Source: Nemertoderma westbladi
Lineage: Eukaryota > Animalia > Xenacoelomorpha
NCBI GenBank assembly: GCA_032718475.1
Contig: JAUCBJ010005318.1
Location: 1-64,000 of the forward strand
DNA length: 64,000 nt
Direction: 5' to 3'
The notes under the pieces were generated by a model. The model saw nothing but the letters and a program-made list of their open reading frames with translations. It was not told the DNA's origin and ran no database searches. Shown one piece after another: positions 49,419 to 62,900 of the stretch. Position 1 is the stretch's first letter. Each line of letters begins with the position of its first letter. A program made the position numbers and the translations under genes.

Positions 49419-52400
49419 GGGCTTTATTACTACACCTTGGGTACCCATAGCCCAATTTTTTGCTAGATAGTTTTGGCTATTTTTTAAAAAAGGTTGGCAC
49501 TGGTATAGAACCGGATCGGAACATGTTAGCAATCAATTAAGTTCTAGAACATTTTTTTCAAAAAAAAAATTTAATAGTACAAGGATCGTTATACAACCCG
49601 TATTAAATAAAATTGTTAAAATAAAAAAAGTATATAATTTACATTTCTGAATAGTAGGCCACAAACTGTATTTCGACAGCCATCTCTACTGTATATTTTG
49701 TAAAAAACAACTAGCTACAGTAGCAAATAATTACTAGCTATCCTGATTATCAAATACAAATTACTAGCTATGTTTCATAAATTATTTCAGAGAAATTTAA
49801 TTGATGAGTAAAGTATAATTTTAATTTTTTTACAAGCTAATAACATGTAGGCTACTAGCTCACACATAAAATTGTTAGTTAGCGGTTAGTTACACCAGTA
49901 ACACCAGTTAGCTACAGTACTTACAGTCAGTAGGTCAAATATTTATTCTATAACAAAAAACCTCATGATAAAACCATTTTCATAGGATAAAAAGATAAAA
50001 ATAATTTATTTCGTCTAAAATAGCTTTTTAAAATACTCGATACCGATACCGTAGAATTTGATTTTTATAGGTATATATTAAAATGAAGCTACTTTAATTA
50101 ACGAATACTTACAAAATAAATAAATGATAGTCTAATCAACAGCAACACCCTTTCCAAATATATTAAGAAGTAAAACATTCTAGAACTACAATAGGCCAAA
50201 AATCCATGGTCCATCGACTGCTTTCCCGTAAGGCTGCAGTGCCATTTATTTTATTCCCCTTCAATCGACATCCTCTATTACACCATGACCTGGAATATAG
50301 TTTCGTTATTCAGGTACCTGCCCCCCCCCCCTCCCCCCCATAATTTTTCTACAAATCTTAATGAGATTGCATGAAATTTGAAACAGAGATAGTTTCACCT
50401 CCCGACCACTGACTGGGTAAGCCAGAATTTTTATTTTTGCTTTAAATCTTTAACTACAAGCGTTTAAAAAAATGTCTCCAGCGATATTACACCAGTTACA
50501 CTCCAGTTATTCTTCAACCTTATAGAGATTTTGCTGATATTGACGGAAAGCTGGCCGTGCAGGGATTCCAAATATGTATCACAATCTGAATTCCGTCGTA
50601 AAATATGAGCAGATATGAGCATTCTAAAGTTGCATGGTTCCGCCCAATCTCCGTTACGGAATCACAAAATTTCACTTACTCTGTTAAAAATTGCGCATTG
50701 TATTGAGACTGTCTATTAATGGACAAATACAGCGTATAGATTTGTTCGAAGTGTCTTAAGGTTGAGATTATTTTATTTGTTGGATTTTGGAAACCAACCA
50801 TCAGAAACAGAAAGTCTACAACGATAACCACATCCGAAGGTTAGCGTTAATGTAGTAAAACAAATCAAACTAGATCTTCACAAGAGATCTCTATAAAACT
50901 CGTCAACTCGTCGAGCAGCACGTCGGTGGACCATAACTATATTAGCATGATGATTCTATCTTCGTGTACTTGTCAGAGTGGGAAAACTCCAAACCATAAG
51001 CCAATCAGAATACACGTTAGGCTACAGGAATAGTTATCATTTACAAATGGATTCCTCCTGACATCACACGTTTAAAGGTGCTCTAAAACTTTAAAACATT
51101 CAAACAGAAACTACTTGTATTTTTCGTGCCGCACATTGACACATATCCAAAAATGACCTAATCAACAATGTACAATATATTTCAGTGTCATATTCGTGAT
51201 CAGCATCCCGAAAAACATACATGATCATAAAATCAAATTGATTTGTGGTGATTTTGTATTATCATATTTGCATAACTTGTTTTTTTCGTGCCCAAGAGGG
51301 CACATTCAAAATCGGTTTCGCAGGATACAGGGATAGGCCTAATTATCTTTACAGGACTTGCTGTGAAATATAGCATAGCACACCAAAAGTGTGGGCTTAG
51401 TGCAAAGATCTAATATTTCTGATCTAGATTTGGACTTGCTGAGAAAGTACAGTAATGTTCTTCGATAAGAGAACAGACTTGGAAAAAGTACTTTTTTGTC
51501 ACTAATTTTAATTTACCCAAATTCAATTACAGTATGCTGTCCGAGACTTTTAGGTTTTGCAGGAATTGCACCTAAAATGCCATCGAATGCAAAATTCAAT
51601 ACACGAGGGCAGAACATCTGAATTTCGGTTAAATGAAATTACAGTAGTGACAATAAGTTATTTCTGACACGTTTTTTTTTATCAACAACTATTTTATCTA
51701 CAACTAATTTATCCTTTTTTTTTATCTATTACTGTATTAGGGCCTACATGTATTTATAAAACTCGTTTCCGGTAAAAAAAATTTCGCACGACCATATCTC
51801 CACGCCATACATTTACTATGTACAGTATTTCAGTATGTCACCACGTCATTATTTAATTGGTTTTTCTAGAAAGTTTAAGAGCATAACTACAATTAATTCC
51901 CAACAAATAAATAAAATTAAATTCACCATTGTTCATAATTAGCACTTTAAAGTTTTACTGCCCATGTTTTATTATTTCCCTGCCATCAGGTCTCGAACTA
52001 ATAACACAGCACCTGTCCGTTAATTGTCTGAGCTAGAATTTTCTATCACAAATTTCTACAAATTTTAGTGAGAAAAAATGTGGACTTTTCAGATAAAAAT
52101 ATTTTTTTTCACAGGAATGACTCGCTGAGAAAAAATGGCCCGTATTTTCGGCTAGCCCTAAGGCACGTGCCTTATATGCTTTAAGGTTAATCCGGCACTG
52201 TATTTTAGTTTATCTCTGTATGCATTATATTATATATTATCTGATTAGGCCCCTATACAGCCTATACAGCTATAGTTGTTGCAGCTGGCACTGCAAGATA
52301 GTGAACGTCATTATAATTACACAGAAAATTACCGGTATATAATTTACTTTTTTACTTTTCAAATAGATTTAGGGGTATTGCTAAACAGTAAAAAACACCG

Positions 52401-52570
52401 GCCTGCCGGCACCGGTAACGCCATTTACAATGTGACTCCGCCTGATCGGCAACGGCTGAACGGCACCGATCGAACCCTAAATATTTTATTATTATCTGTA
52501 TTATATCAGTATATTGCCAGTTCCAAAACTTACTATGAACTGACTGGGGCTTCACTCTCAGACTACCGGT

Positions 52571-54176
52571 ATGCTTTCCATACAAATACTATTTATATTA
52601 ACTTGCTTGATTGTTGTAACTTGTTTGTTTATATGGCGGTTCTATAACTACTTCGACATATTTAGTGATTCAATCTCACATACAGATTATTTCGGACCAA
52701 TTCACTTGCCGCCTTCTCGACCACAGGAAACAATTCTATTGTCTCCAAACATTTGTAGCAAAGAAACTTCGACAAACAGTTCATATGAATCGCTACTTTT
52801 GATGTATAAATGTAATATGGATGACGTGGAACAAAGATCGGCGATTCGTCGGCTTATGAGAACGCCATCTTACGGACTGGAGGGACATCCAGTTAAATAT
52901 ATATTTATTATGGGAAATAAAAACTTGTCTGATGTCGCGGAAAATGAATCATTGTTGTTGGAATCGACGAATTACGACGACATTCTCCACGGGGATTTTC
53001 TCGATTCCTACAGGAATTTATCGACGAAACTTTTGTTCGGTTGGCGTTGGTTTTCTGACTTGGATTGTCGTCTTTTCTTCCGATACATAATGAGTATCGA
53101 TATAGACGTATTTCTTAATCTCAGGTATTTATGGGGCCATTAGTGACCTGGTTAGGTTGAATATCGGTAGAGTACCGGTATCAACAATTATATCTACATC
53201 TACAACTCGGCAAGTTGCAGGTATTGTAAGGGTATGCGTTTCTACTTCGCCCAGATAGGAGGGGAAACTGCCAAATTTATTAATTAAAGGAAAGGATCAG
53301 ATTACAGTGGCAAATGGCAATATATTTTTAACTAAAACAATAAACTATAAAGTCAATAGAACAGGTTACAGTTTTATTTTTGGGAGTAATCGGCGGTTAT
53401 TTGATTAGATTTTAATTTCGTGTAAAGTCCCCCCCTTTGAATCCGTTTGTATTTTTTGCACTAAATTGCGCCATGAAGCATTTTTCATTACACCTGTAGG
53501 GTTTGTATTAGTTACAAGTAAAATATTAGGCCAGGATTACTTCCAAGGAAGGTAAATTAATATTTTGCCGCAGTGTTGAAGATTTCGCACATATTTTTAC
53601 AGGAATTTACTTGAGTTGTTGGATAAAAACAAACGGGATCCGTTGTATTTGGGTTCAATCCATTGGGGTCCCGGTGTCAACAGGAATCCCTCCTCCAGAT
53701 GGTTCCTCAGTCGCTCCGAGTACCCGCCAGAGTTCTACCCCGCGTACGCCGCCGGTCTCGGCTACGTTCTCTCCGCCTCGGTCGTTCCGCTCCTATACTC
53801 CCATTCGTTCCGCGTTCCCTCCCTCTATATAGACGACGCGTTCGTAGGTTTGCTAGCGGAGCGGGCGGGCATCACCCCGGTCGACGACGGACGTTTCGTT
53901 GCCGATTATCCCGCCCCTCCCGAATACTCGTACTGCCGTTACCGCGATTTAATCGTAGTTCACGGGTTCGACGCCCACACAAAGTCTCTGATAATGAAAG
54001 ATATTTGGGATCGACGGGGAACTACCGATTGTAACCAATTACAAACCATCGCCTATATAGCGATGGTTGTTCTTATATCAATCTTATTAATTTCCTGTAG
54101 TTTTTCTACTTACTACTATTACTTCTCCTGTAAACCAACTCTCATTAATTGTTGTTTTCTATCGAAACGTATTTAG
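52571..54176 (+). CDS. GT31 beta-1,3-glycosyltransferase-like protein, copy 2; exons 52571-53124 and 53603-54176
   Basis: Same structure as copy 1, with one amino-acid difference seen (LLIYK vs LLMYK). Confidence 0.88.
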
Positions 54177-54277
54177 TACTTATTTATTGAGTTTTCCTAA
54201 TTAATACGTATTTTGTTGCCCTTCTGTGCAGTACCAGCGAGTTGGGGGTCTACCTTGAGCTGCTGTCTAACTAACCA

Positions 54278-54975
54278 ATTTCCTCCAAATCGTCCTCTTC
54301 ACGAACACCAGGTACCGAATCCGCCGTAATTGGCGACTCGAAAGGGGTCATTAAATATGGCGCAATAGCATATCCACTATCAGCCAATAAGACACAATTC
54401 GTATTGGATAGGATTGAAGGGATTCCTAAATATCCGAGAATCATGCACAGACCCGGGCCACTCCGCGACAACACTTGTAGATTCTAAAAAACAGTTACAA
54501 GTAGCTTGAACGTTTACTGAAAATAATTTTTTTTGATAGATAGAGTTTCAGGTTCAGCCAATTAGAGCGTCCTATTCGTAGACCACTCGTCCTTGCCATA
54601 CGTCCTACTGACCACGTTCATAAAATTTCAACCCAATTCCCCAACCGTGACATGAGTTAAGTGGAAAACGTACACCCCACGGATTTCAAATTTATATGCG
54701 AATTTTGCTTCAAAAGTAACCTTTTGATCTTACTTGTGTATTATGAAGTGTTCACTTCAAACAGAAGTAAACACTTGCGTTTTATTCAAATCAACCAGAA
54801 AACACTTCCCTCTACACTTCACTCTACACTTCCCTCTACACTTCACTCTACACTTCACTCTATACTTCACTCTTTACTTCACTCTATTTTTATTCAAGCA
54901 CAATAAGTATCTTTGAAGTGTTTGCGAGTGTTTACTTGAAGTGAAAGTGTTTACTTGTTTTTATTCAAATCACCC
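54278..54975 (-). mobile_element. Harbinger right-hand remnant in duplication copy 2
   Basis: Matches 47122-47812, including the transposase motifs and TIR. Confidence 0.85.
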
Positions 54976-57900
54976 AAAACACGGACCAACTTGTTTCTGA
55001 AACTTGTTGCTGAAAATTTAAATAAAATGCTACGAAATTTGGTATGATGATAGATCGACACATTTTCTTACTGGTGGCCTGGCTGGATTTTTTAATTTAT
55101 GAGCTATTTCGATACAACAAACCGTTAAAAATCGTCTATTTCGCAATATTTAGCCACCTCCGTCAGCTTTATTTTTCGTCTTTGGAATGAAATCTAGATA
55201 TCATTAGAACCGCCTTCATCTGTAGATTCCGAATATGAAACCCGTTGTAAATTTCAGATTTCATAGATAATGATAAAAATACTCAGGTGTAAATTTTTAT
55301 GACGTAAATCGCTATAATTCTCAAGTTTTTTTTACTCAATTCTAGAATATTAATTATGGGTAATGAAAAAACAAGATCGAGAGTTATAGGGTGGTTTGAA
55401 TAGAAACAAGTAAACACTTTCACTTCAAGTAAACACTCGCAAACACTTCAAAGATACTTATTGTGCTTGAATAAAAATAGAGTGAAGTAAAGAGTGAAGT
55501 ATAGAGTGAAGTAAAGAGTGAAGTGTAGAGTGAAGTAAAGAGTGAAGTGAAGTGTAGAGTGAAGTGTTTTCTGGTTGATTTGAATAAAACGCAAGTGTTT
55601 ACTTCTGTTTGAAGTGAACACTTCATAATACACAAGTAAGATCAAAAGGTTTCACTTTTGAAGCAAAATTCGCATATAAATTTGAAATCCGTGGGGTGTA
55701 CGTTTTCCACTTAACTCATGTCACGGTTGGGGAATTGGGTTGAAATTTTATGAACGTGGTCAGTAGGACGCATGGCAGGGACTCTATCACACTATAGGCG
55801 CCACTTTTCATATGGAAAGCATACAGCGTTATTTTAGTTGGCTGTCTTGGGGTTTCTTAAATTAAAGCAGTAATTTAACCTTAACCCTAAGTCATGAGGC
55901 TCTAATCCAAAAAAAATCGTGGAATTTCGGACTTTTCAGTTTATTTATTAATATCCATTTCCGGTCTCCATTAATGCAAAAATTGATTTAATAAAAGTTG
56001 ACAGTAATTCATAATACGGAAATAGCTGTCACTAGCAATGCTAGTGCCGCAAGGAGGTGATGGGTAAGCTAAGACCAGAAGTGGAGGGGGAAATAATTTT
56101 TGCAAACATTTATTAGATTAGAGCCTCATGACTTAGGGTTAGGATTAAATTACTGCTTTAATTATGGTTTGGGCCGGCACTATTGTAACCTTGCGAGGCC
56201 CACGACATCCGTTAAAACGTGGCACCTCTAGTGTGATATCCCCATTGTTATCTACTGTACAAGGTTGCACCGTCACAACTCCCTATCCCCATGACTATCG
56301 CGAGATTATCCGTAACTTCAAGGCCAGTGTTAAGAGGTTAGTCAGTTAAGAGACGACTAAGATTGTCAGGCTGGTCCTCACGGCCAAAGCAATGTCCTGC
56401 AAAGCGGAGGCGATTTTGTTCTAGTGTCAAGCTGGGGGAACCATTGAGACACCTCCAATGTTATATAGTGTCTGGTTGGGGATGTGTGCATTGTACTTGA
56501 CACAATGAACCCGGCGTAGCATTCTTGTGAATGTGCCATCCAGAGATTTGGTGTCCTCAGCAGTTAGAGCCCTGGGCTTTATTACTACACCTTGGGTACC
56601 CATAGCCCAATTTTTTGCTAGATAGTTTTGGCTATTTTTTAAAAAAAGGTTGGCACTGGTATAGAACCGGATCGGAACATGTTAGCAATCAATTAAGTTC
56701 TAGAACATTTTTTTCAAAAAAAAAATTTAATAGTACAAGGATCGTTATACAACCCGTATTAAATAAAATTGTTAAAATAAAAAAAGTATATAATTTACAT
56801 TTCTGAATAGTAGGCCACAAACTGTATTTCGACAGCCATCTCTACTGTATATTTTGTAAAAAACAACTAGCTACAGTAGCAAATAATTACTAGCTATCCT
56901 GATTATCAAATACAAATTACTAGCTATGTTTCATAAATTATTTCAGAGAAATTTAATTGATGAGTAAAGTATAATTTTAATTTTTTTACAAGCTAATAAC
57001 ATGTAGGCTACTAGCTCACACATAAAATTGTTAGTTAGCGGTTAGTTACACCAGTTACACCAGTAACACCAGTTAGCTACAGTACTTACAGTCAGTAGGT
57101 CAAATATTTATTCTATAACAAAAAACCTCATGATAAAACCATTTTCATAGGATAAAAAGATAAAAATAATTTATTTCGTCTAAAATAGCTTTTTAAAATA
57201 CTCGATACCGATACCGTAGAATTTGATTTTTATAGGTATATATTAAAATGAAGCTACTTTAATTAACGAATACTTACAAAATAAATAAATGATAGTCTAA
57301 TCAACAGCAACACCCTTTCCAAATATATTAAGAAGTAAAACATTCTAGAACTACAATAGGCCAAAAATCCATGGTCCATCGACTGCTTTCCCGTAAGGCT
57401 GCAGTGCCATTTATTTTATTCCCCTTCAATCGACATCCTCTATTACACCATGTCCTGGAATATAGTGTCGTTATTCAGGTACCTGCCCCCCCCCCCCCCC
57501 CCCATAATTTTTCTACAAATCTTAATGAGATTGCATGAAATTTGAAACAGAGATAGTTTCACCTCCCGACCACTGACTGGGTGAGCCAGAATTTTTATTT
57601 TTGCTTTAAATCTTTAACTACAAGCGTTTAAAAAAATGTCTCCAGCGATATTACACCAGTTACACTCCAGTTATTCTTCAACCTTATAGAGATTTTGCTG
57701 ATATTGACGGAAAGCTGGCCGTGCAGGGATTCCAAATATGTATCACAATCTGAATTCCGTCGTAAAATATGAGCAGATATGAGCATTCTAAAGTTGCATG
57801 GTTCCGCCCAATCTCCGTTACGGAATCACAAAATTTCACTTACTCTGTTAAAAATTGCGCATTGTATTGAGACTGTCTATTAATGGACAAATACAGCGTA

Positions 57901-58849
57901 TAGATTTGTTCGAAGTGTCTTAAGGTTGAGATTATTTTATTTGTTGGATTTTGGAAACCAACCATCAGAAACAGAAAGTCTACAACGATAACCACATCCG
58001 AAGGTTAGCGTTAATGTAGTAAAACAAATCAAACTAGATCTTCACAAGAGATCTCTATAAAACTCGTCAACTCGTCGAGCAGCACGTCGGTGGACCATAA
58101 CTATATTAGCATGATGATTCTATCTTCGTGTACTTGTCAGAGTGGGAAAACTCCAAACCATAAGCCAATCAGAATACACGTTAGGCTACAGGAATAGTTA
58201 TCATTTACAAATGGATTCCTCCTGACATCACACGTTTAAAGGTGCTCTAAAACTTTAAAACATTCAAACAGAAACTACTTGTATTTTTCGTGCCGCACAT
58301 TGACACATATCCAAAAATGACCTAATCAACAATGTACAATATATTTCAGTGTCATATTCGTGATCAGCATCCCGAAAAACATACATGATCATAAAATCAA
58401 ATTGATTTGTGGTGATTTTGTATTATCATATTTGCATAACTTGTTTTTTTCGTGCCCAAGAGGGCACATTCAAAATTACCAAAAAAAATTTAGAATCTTA
58501 TATTTGCGCTCTATAATCGTGATCGGTGTCCACAAAACCGCAATTAAATTATTTTAGTGAACCATAAACACTTGAAAATTTTAGCACGAAAAATACTCGA
58601 AATGGGTGCCAGAAAGGGACCACAGCACGAAAACTAACATAGCCATGTAAATTGCGTTTGTCGCTGTTGGATGGCATGGCCCATTATTAACTTTTAGGAA
58701 AAGTCACGAAATCTCGGCTTTCCTAACAAACCTGACTCAAAGATACGGATGAATTTAATTACAAAACAATTTCTACAATGACGCCCCCTGCCCCCCTGGC
58801 CAAATAGGGTTAAGGTACAGTAGGATATATATACTGATCGTATTCGCTC

Positions 58850-58984
58850 CTTGACATTGCCGTTGTCCCGGATACTCTCCGTTCGCCATATTCGCTAGTC
58901 CTTGCCGTTGCCCCGGGTACTCTCCGTTCGCCATAGTCGCTAGTCCTTGCTTGCCGTTGCCCCGGGTACTCTCCGTTCGCCATA
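58850..58984. repeat. Short tandem repeat of about 45-50 bp, 3 copies
   Basis: TTGCCGTTGYCCCGGRTACTCTCCGTTCGCCATA occurs three times (slightly variable). Confidence 0.85.
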
Positions 58985-59112
58985 TAAATAAACAAGTATG
59001 CCCTCCTTGTACCGGTAACTGCTGCACTGTACTACTAACAGCACTATGTAATACTAATGTAGCAGTACCTGCCTAATTTACTAATTTACACAAAGATAGT
59101 ATTAATAATGCT

Positions 59113-59241
59113 CTCCATAGCGAAGAATATCAACCGGCCCTATTGGGGCTCGAACCCGGTACCTAGGTTTCAAACTTCTGGTTATCATCAGCCGGGTGAG
59201 TGTACTGAGCTACCAGACCGGATGAATATTTCGCTGTGGAG
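59113..59241 (-). mobile_element. tRNA-like (Pol III A/B box) element inside an inverted repeat, carrying a hammerhead ribozyme
   Basis: Minus strand: CTCCACAGCGAAATAT..CCGGTCT-GG-TAGCTCAGT..[HHR]..GGGTTCGAGCCC..AGGGCCGG..ATATTCTTCGCTATGGAG. Confidence 0.65.
59154..59197 (-). ncRNA. Minimal type I hammerhead ribozyme
   Basis: ACCCGG CUGAUGA U-AAC-CAGAA-GUU-U GAAA CCUAGG UA^ CCGGGU: 6-bp stem I, complete catalytic core, 3-bp stem II, palindromic helix III (ACCUAGGU) and a GUA cleavage triplet. Confidence 0.75.
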
Positions 59242-59989
59242 TGTGAGATCATATTTAGGCCAACTAATCACTCAAAGGAAAGTACAAGTTCTTATTCACA
59301 TTGTATATTTAATACACCGCGTCACTCTCCCCACAACAATTCACTTATTATTATTAAAGATATTATTAGGTATCTGGATGTTGATATCAATGAATATCAA
59401 TGGGATCCCGAGGCGTATAGTGACGTCACGACCAATCACAGATCGTTTTATAATTTTGAATAATTTTTAAACTGAAAACACCAATATCTCGGCCATTTTA
59501 GCATCTTATTGAATTCTGTAAACGCCATTGTGTTTCTGTGATATTATTGCATCTAATTAATCTGGTTTTGAATTTGAGTCGTGAACCCCATTTAAATAAT
59601 TCAATTTTTCTTTATTAGACAATAACAAAAATTTTTCATCATTCCTAAACACATATTAAATAATCCAACCTTCTAGCAATTGTAGTCATCTTCTTCACCT
59701 TGAAAGCCTTTCTGATGAAAATGGCGGGTTATTCAATAAATAATTTAATTAAAAATATTGTTCGTCGAAGACTTGTCAAAAACTAGCCGATCGTGCTGCC
59801 ATCCCCCGTAACCTCGAATAGCTCGCAGTGCAAACATACTGAACGACAGACTGACAGGCAGTATAACCACAGTGTTGTTTATTTAGCTGACCCAGTCACT
59901 GCACCAATGGGATCCAGAAAATAGAAACATTGAATGACGTTATTGTAAAGTAGATTGTAACTAAATTATTGTAAAAGTATAATTTATTA

Positions 59990-62900
59990 TCAACTTGGAA
60001 CTCCATTAACAGTATCTTCTAGTTCCTCATCAGATTCATCCAGGGTTTCGTCGACCTCAAACAAGGCCTCGTCACATTCGACAGTGTCTCCGGTCTGGGC
60101 GAAAAATATTTCGTCACTGGCGTCCAAAGTGGCGTCTCGTTCAAATAATTGTTTACCTGGAAAGAGTGTCAAATATTAATAATTAATAAAAGACTTAATA
60201 GGTATAAAATAAATTGGTAAGGTAACTAAAATATGTAGTTCTAGATTTTTGTTTATAAATAAAAGTGAAAAAATGTTAAGGGGCATAAAAACTTAAAGCC
60301 CCCCCCCCCCCCCCCACCCCCCTAATACCCGGTAAATTTTACCGGGTATCAAAAAGTTGCGTGTTTATTTACTTTGTCTACCAATAATAACTCGGTCTCC
60401 CATTGAGACCACGCTATGCGCTAACCGGTTAACCGTTGAGACCACGCTATGCGCTAACCGGTTAACCGTTGAGACCACGCTATGCGCTAACCGGTTAACC
60501 GTTGAGACCACGCTATGCGCTAACCGGTTAACCGTTGAGACCGCGCTATGCGCTAACCGGTTAACCATTGAGACCGCGCTATGCGCTAACCGGTTAACCG
60601 TTGAGACCGCGCTATGCGCTAACCGGTTAACCGTTGAGACCACGCTATGCGCTAACCGGTTAACCGTTGAGACCGCGCTATGCGCTAACCGGTTAACCGT
60701 TGAGACCACGCTATGCGCTAACCGGTTAACCGTTGAGACCACGCTATGCGCTAACCGGTTAACCGTTGAGACCGCGCTATGCGCTAACCGGTTAACCGTT
60801 GAGACCACGCTATGCGCTAACCGGTTAACCGTTGAGACCACGCTATGCGCTAACCGGTTAACCATTGAGACCGCGCTATGCGCTAACCGGTTAACCGTTG
60901 AGACCGCGCTATGCGCTAACCGGTTAACCGTTGAGACCACGCTATGCGCTAACCGGTTAACCGTTGAGACCGCGCTATGCGCTAACCGGTTAACCGTTGA
61001 GACCACGCTATGCGCTAACCGGTTAACCGTTGAGACCACGCTAACCGGTTAACCGTTTAGACCACGCTATGCGCTAACCGGTTAACCGTTGAGACCGCGC
61101 TATGCGCTAACCGGTTAACCGTTGAGACCACGCTATGCGCTAACCGGTTAACCGTTGAGACCACGCTAACCGGTTAACCGTTGAGACCACGCTATGCGCT
61201 AACCGGTTAACCGTTGATACCACGCTATGCGCTAACCGGTTAACCGTTGAGACCGCGCTATGGGCTAACCGGTTAACCGTTGAGACCGCGCTATGCGCTA
61301 ACCGGTTAACCATTGAGACCGCGCTATGCGCTAACCGGTTAACCGTTGAGACCACGCTATGCGCTAACCGGTTAACCGTTGAGACCGCGCTATGCGCTAA
61401 CCGGTTAACCGTTGAGACCGCGCTATGCGCTAACCGGTTAACCGTTGAGACCACGCTATGCGCTTACCGGTTAACCGTTGAGACCACGCTATGCCCTAAC
61501 CGGTTAACCGTTGAGACCACGCTAACCGGTTAACCGTTGAGACCACGCTATGTGCTAACCGGTTAACCGTTGAGACCGCGCTATGCGCTAACCGGTTAAC
61601 CGTTGAGACCACGCTATGCGCTAACAGGTTAACCGTTGAGACCACGCTATGCGCTAACCGGTTAACCGTTGAGACCACGCTATGCGCTAACCGGTTAACC
61701 GTTTAGGCCACGCTATGCGCTAACCGGTTAACTGTTGAGACCACGCTATGCGCTAACCGGTTAACCGTTGAGACCACGCTATGCGCTAACCGGTTAACCG
61801 TTGAGACCACGCTATGCGCTAACCGGTTAACCGTTGAGACCACGCTATGCGCTAACCTGTTAACCGTTTATCAGCCTTCGAGTCGGCCACAGAAATCCGT
61901 TTCTTGGGATCGAGGAATTCCGTATCGAAGCGCCGTTTCCATGCGAGGAAGGTTTCCACGGTTACCGGGGTTCCTATTAGTTTCCGTTTCAGCGCCTCTT
62001 CCGCCTCCGTCTGAACTATGTTCGCCAAGTCCAACGCGGTCTGTCTGCATTAAATGAAATAAATAGTTAGTTAGTGGGTTAATTATTTAGATAGTTATTT
62101 AACTCTGACGTTCTAGAACTCTACAAACAACATCGATCTGATCGCAACGAAAATTTCAACCAACAACTCTACCAATTAGGACTGGCATTTAAGTCCCATC
62201 CACAGAGTCACATATATGACTCAATTAGACTAATGGGTACTTATTACCGCATCCGGAATCTCCCAGTATACTGGACGGTTTATCAATGACTAACTTATGA
62301 GTGTCGGAAATAGAGTTGAGATAATCCTTGCAACATGATATCAATGTGAATACCATCACCTCTCCGACGGTTTCAGAAGCGGTATCATTCAGAGTTCCAA
62401 GTAGATCGGAAGCTTCAACGTCAGTGAGACCACCGGAATCCAAAACTTCCATCTATTTTATACAGAAATACAACGGGAGTTAATCGCGTCTGAGTCGGGA
62501 GCTGCATTATATACCACGAGTCCAACAGCTGAACAGAACAATATGAGGGATAATGAATTGATAGAACTAGGCCTAAGCTACATCAGCCGAGCTGCTTGTC
62601 ATTGGCAATATATTAATTCATAGGAATTAAACACCTATCTTTGTTAATAGTAAATTCTTGGGAATTAAATGAATTCATTTTACCCGTCAATAACTTACTA
62701 ACTCTCTGTGTTTAATGTTTGAAAAATAACAGAAATTAAATATCGGTTGTCATAGGAAGCAGGAAGGCATATTGTGTATTGGTACCGCGGAGCGTCAGAT
62801 TCGAAACAGGTTTACTGTATACCCTATAAACTGCAAACCCTTTTTATAAATGTTTGATTATCAGGACTACCGTATGTCGTAAAAGCGGCATATTTAATGC

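Larger units (their letters stand above)
41421..51312. repeat. Tandem segmental duplication, copy 1 (about 9.9 kb)
   Basis: Starts GGTTTCGCAGGATACAGGG and ends GGGCACATTCAAAAT; the same sequence restarts at 51314. Confidence 0.95.
51314..58476. repeat. Tandem segmental duplication, copy 2 (about 7.2 kb; lacks about 2.77 kb corresponding to 44355-47121)
   Basis: Colinear with copy 1. The deletion junction near 54270-54278 removes the Harbinger left end and Myb gene. Confidence 0.95.

Noticed and set aside
60357-61678. Long ORFs on both strands (TVETTLCANRL and VNRLAHSVVST repeats)
   Set aside because: These are artefacts of a 33-bp unit that has no stop in those frames, and they lie in an RWDD1 intron.
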